From: Marsupella aquatica
Lineage: Eukaryota; Plantae; Marchantiophyta
Length of the DNA: 64,000 nt
Reading direction: 5' to 3'
Assembly: GCA_973895155.1 (NCBI GenBank)
Contig: OZ316899.1
Span: forward strand, 5,335,241 to 5,399,240
A model generated the notes under the pieces. The model did not search any database, was not told the DNA's origin, and saw only the letters and a list, made by a program, of their open reading frames with translations. Shown in pieces: positions 63,801-64,000 of the stretch (its first letter is position 1; every line of letters starts with the position of its first letter). The position numbers were made by a program, and so were the translations under genes.

Positions 63801-64000
63801 GTTTATTTCATGGAGTCATCGTTGTCTCCAGAGAGTATTTCTTTGAGAGGATGATTTCAATCGAGGGAGTCGACAAGGAGAGAAACCAGGTCAACAGCTA
63901 ACAAGAAGGCACTTGTAGTGGGCTTGAAGACTCCTAGGCGACACAAGATGGTGACGGCAGTAGATCTTGTGGCTCTTGTGTTTGATCCGAGCGCTTCGGA
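57818..64000 (-). mobile_element. MULE/SWIM-type DNA transposon (right end not identified)
   Basis: LINE RT stops abruptly at IPIYHVM|GGGTCA.., followed by an unrelated transposase-bearing region. Confidence 0.6.
59705..63108 (-). pseudogene. Divergent Mutator-like transposase: Cys/His zinc finger, DDE-like core, C-terminal SWIM
   Basis: CAGILECHNLGC..CGFC..HMGFHDH; SFDVVH..WLTFSAHVY..GFIADNA; SWIM CSCDNF..CKHLLWV; several frameshifts. Confidence 0.7.

Overview
This window is eukaryotic DNA made almost entirely of nested transposable elements. The TE mix (chromovirus, Athila-like Gypsy without aRH, intron-containing CACTA, L1) suggests a non-seed land plant, but that is inference. No ordinary host gene, rRNA, tRNA or CRISPR array was found. 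Left to right: (1) a minus-strand Ty3/Gypsy element (<1-11378) with a single gag-pol frame and ~4.0-kb LTRs that themselves contain a ~880-codon gene; (2) the right part of a CACTA element (11379-16522) with a TnpD-type transposase and a BRCT-like accessory ORF; (3) a decayed chromovirus Gypsy (~19.6-24.1 kb) flanked by 2.3-2.8-kb direct repeats carrying coiled-coil and RPA/OB-fold-like ORFs; (4) a Sola2-like DDD transposase, a second OB-fold-like ORF, a palindromic repeat array and a RING-H2 gene, possibly one composite element; (5) a complete 12.2-kb CACTA (32036-44232, TAA TSD) with an uninterrupted SET-domain ORF inside its transposase gene, a divergently oriented TnpA-like gene and a nested 2.06-kb solo LTR; (6) a 4.5-kb solo-LTR-like insertion (47216-51721) carrying a homolog of the LTR-encoded gene; (7) a decayed L1 LINE with a MITE; (8) a SWIM/MULE-like transposon. 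The best candidates for undescribed systems are the gene-carrying giant LTR family and the CACTA elements with SET/BRCT cargo plus element-specific CpG motif arrays. All domain calls are by-eye motif recognition, not database hits.
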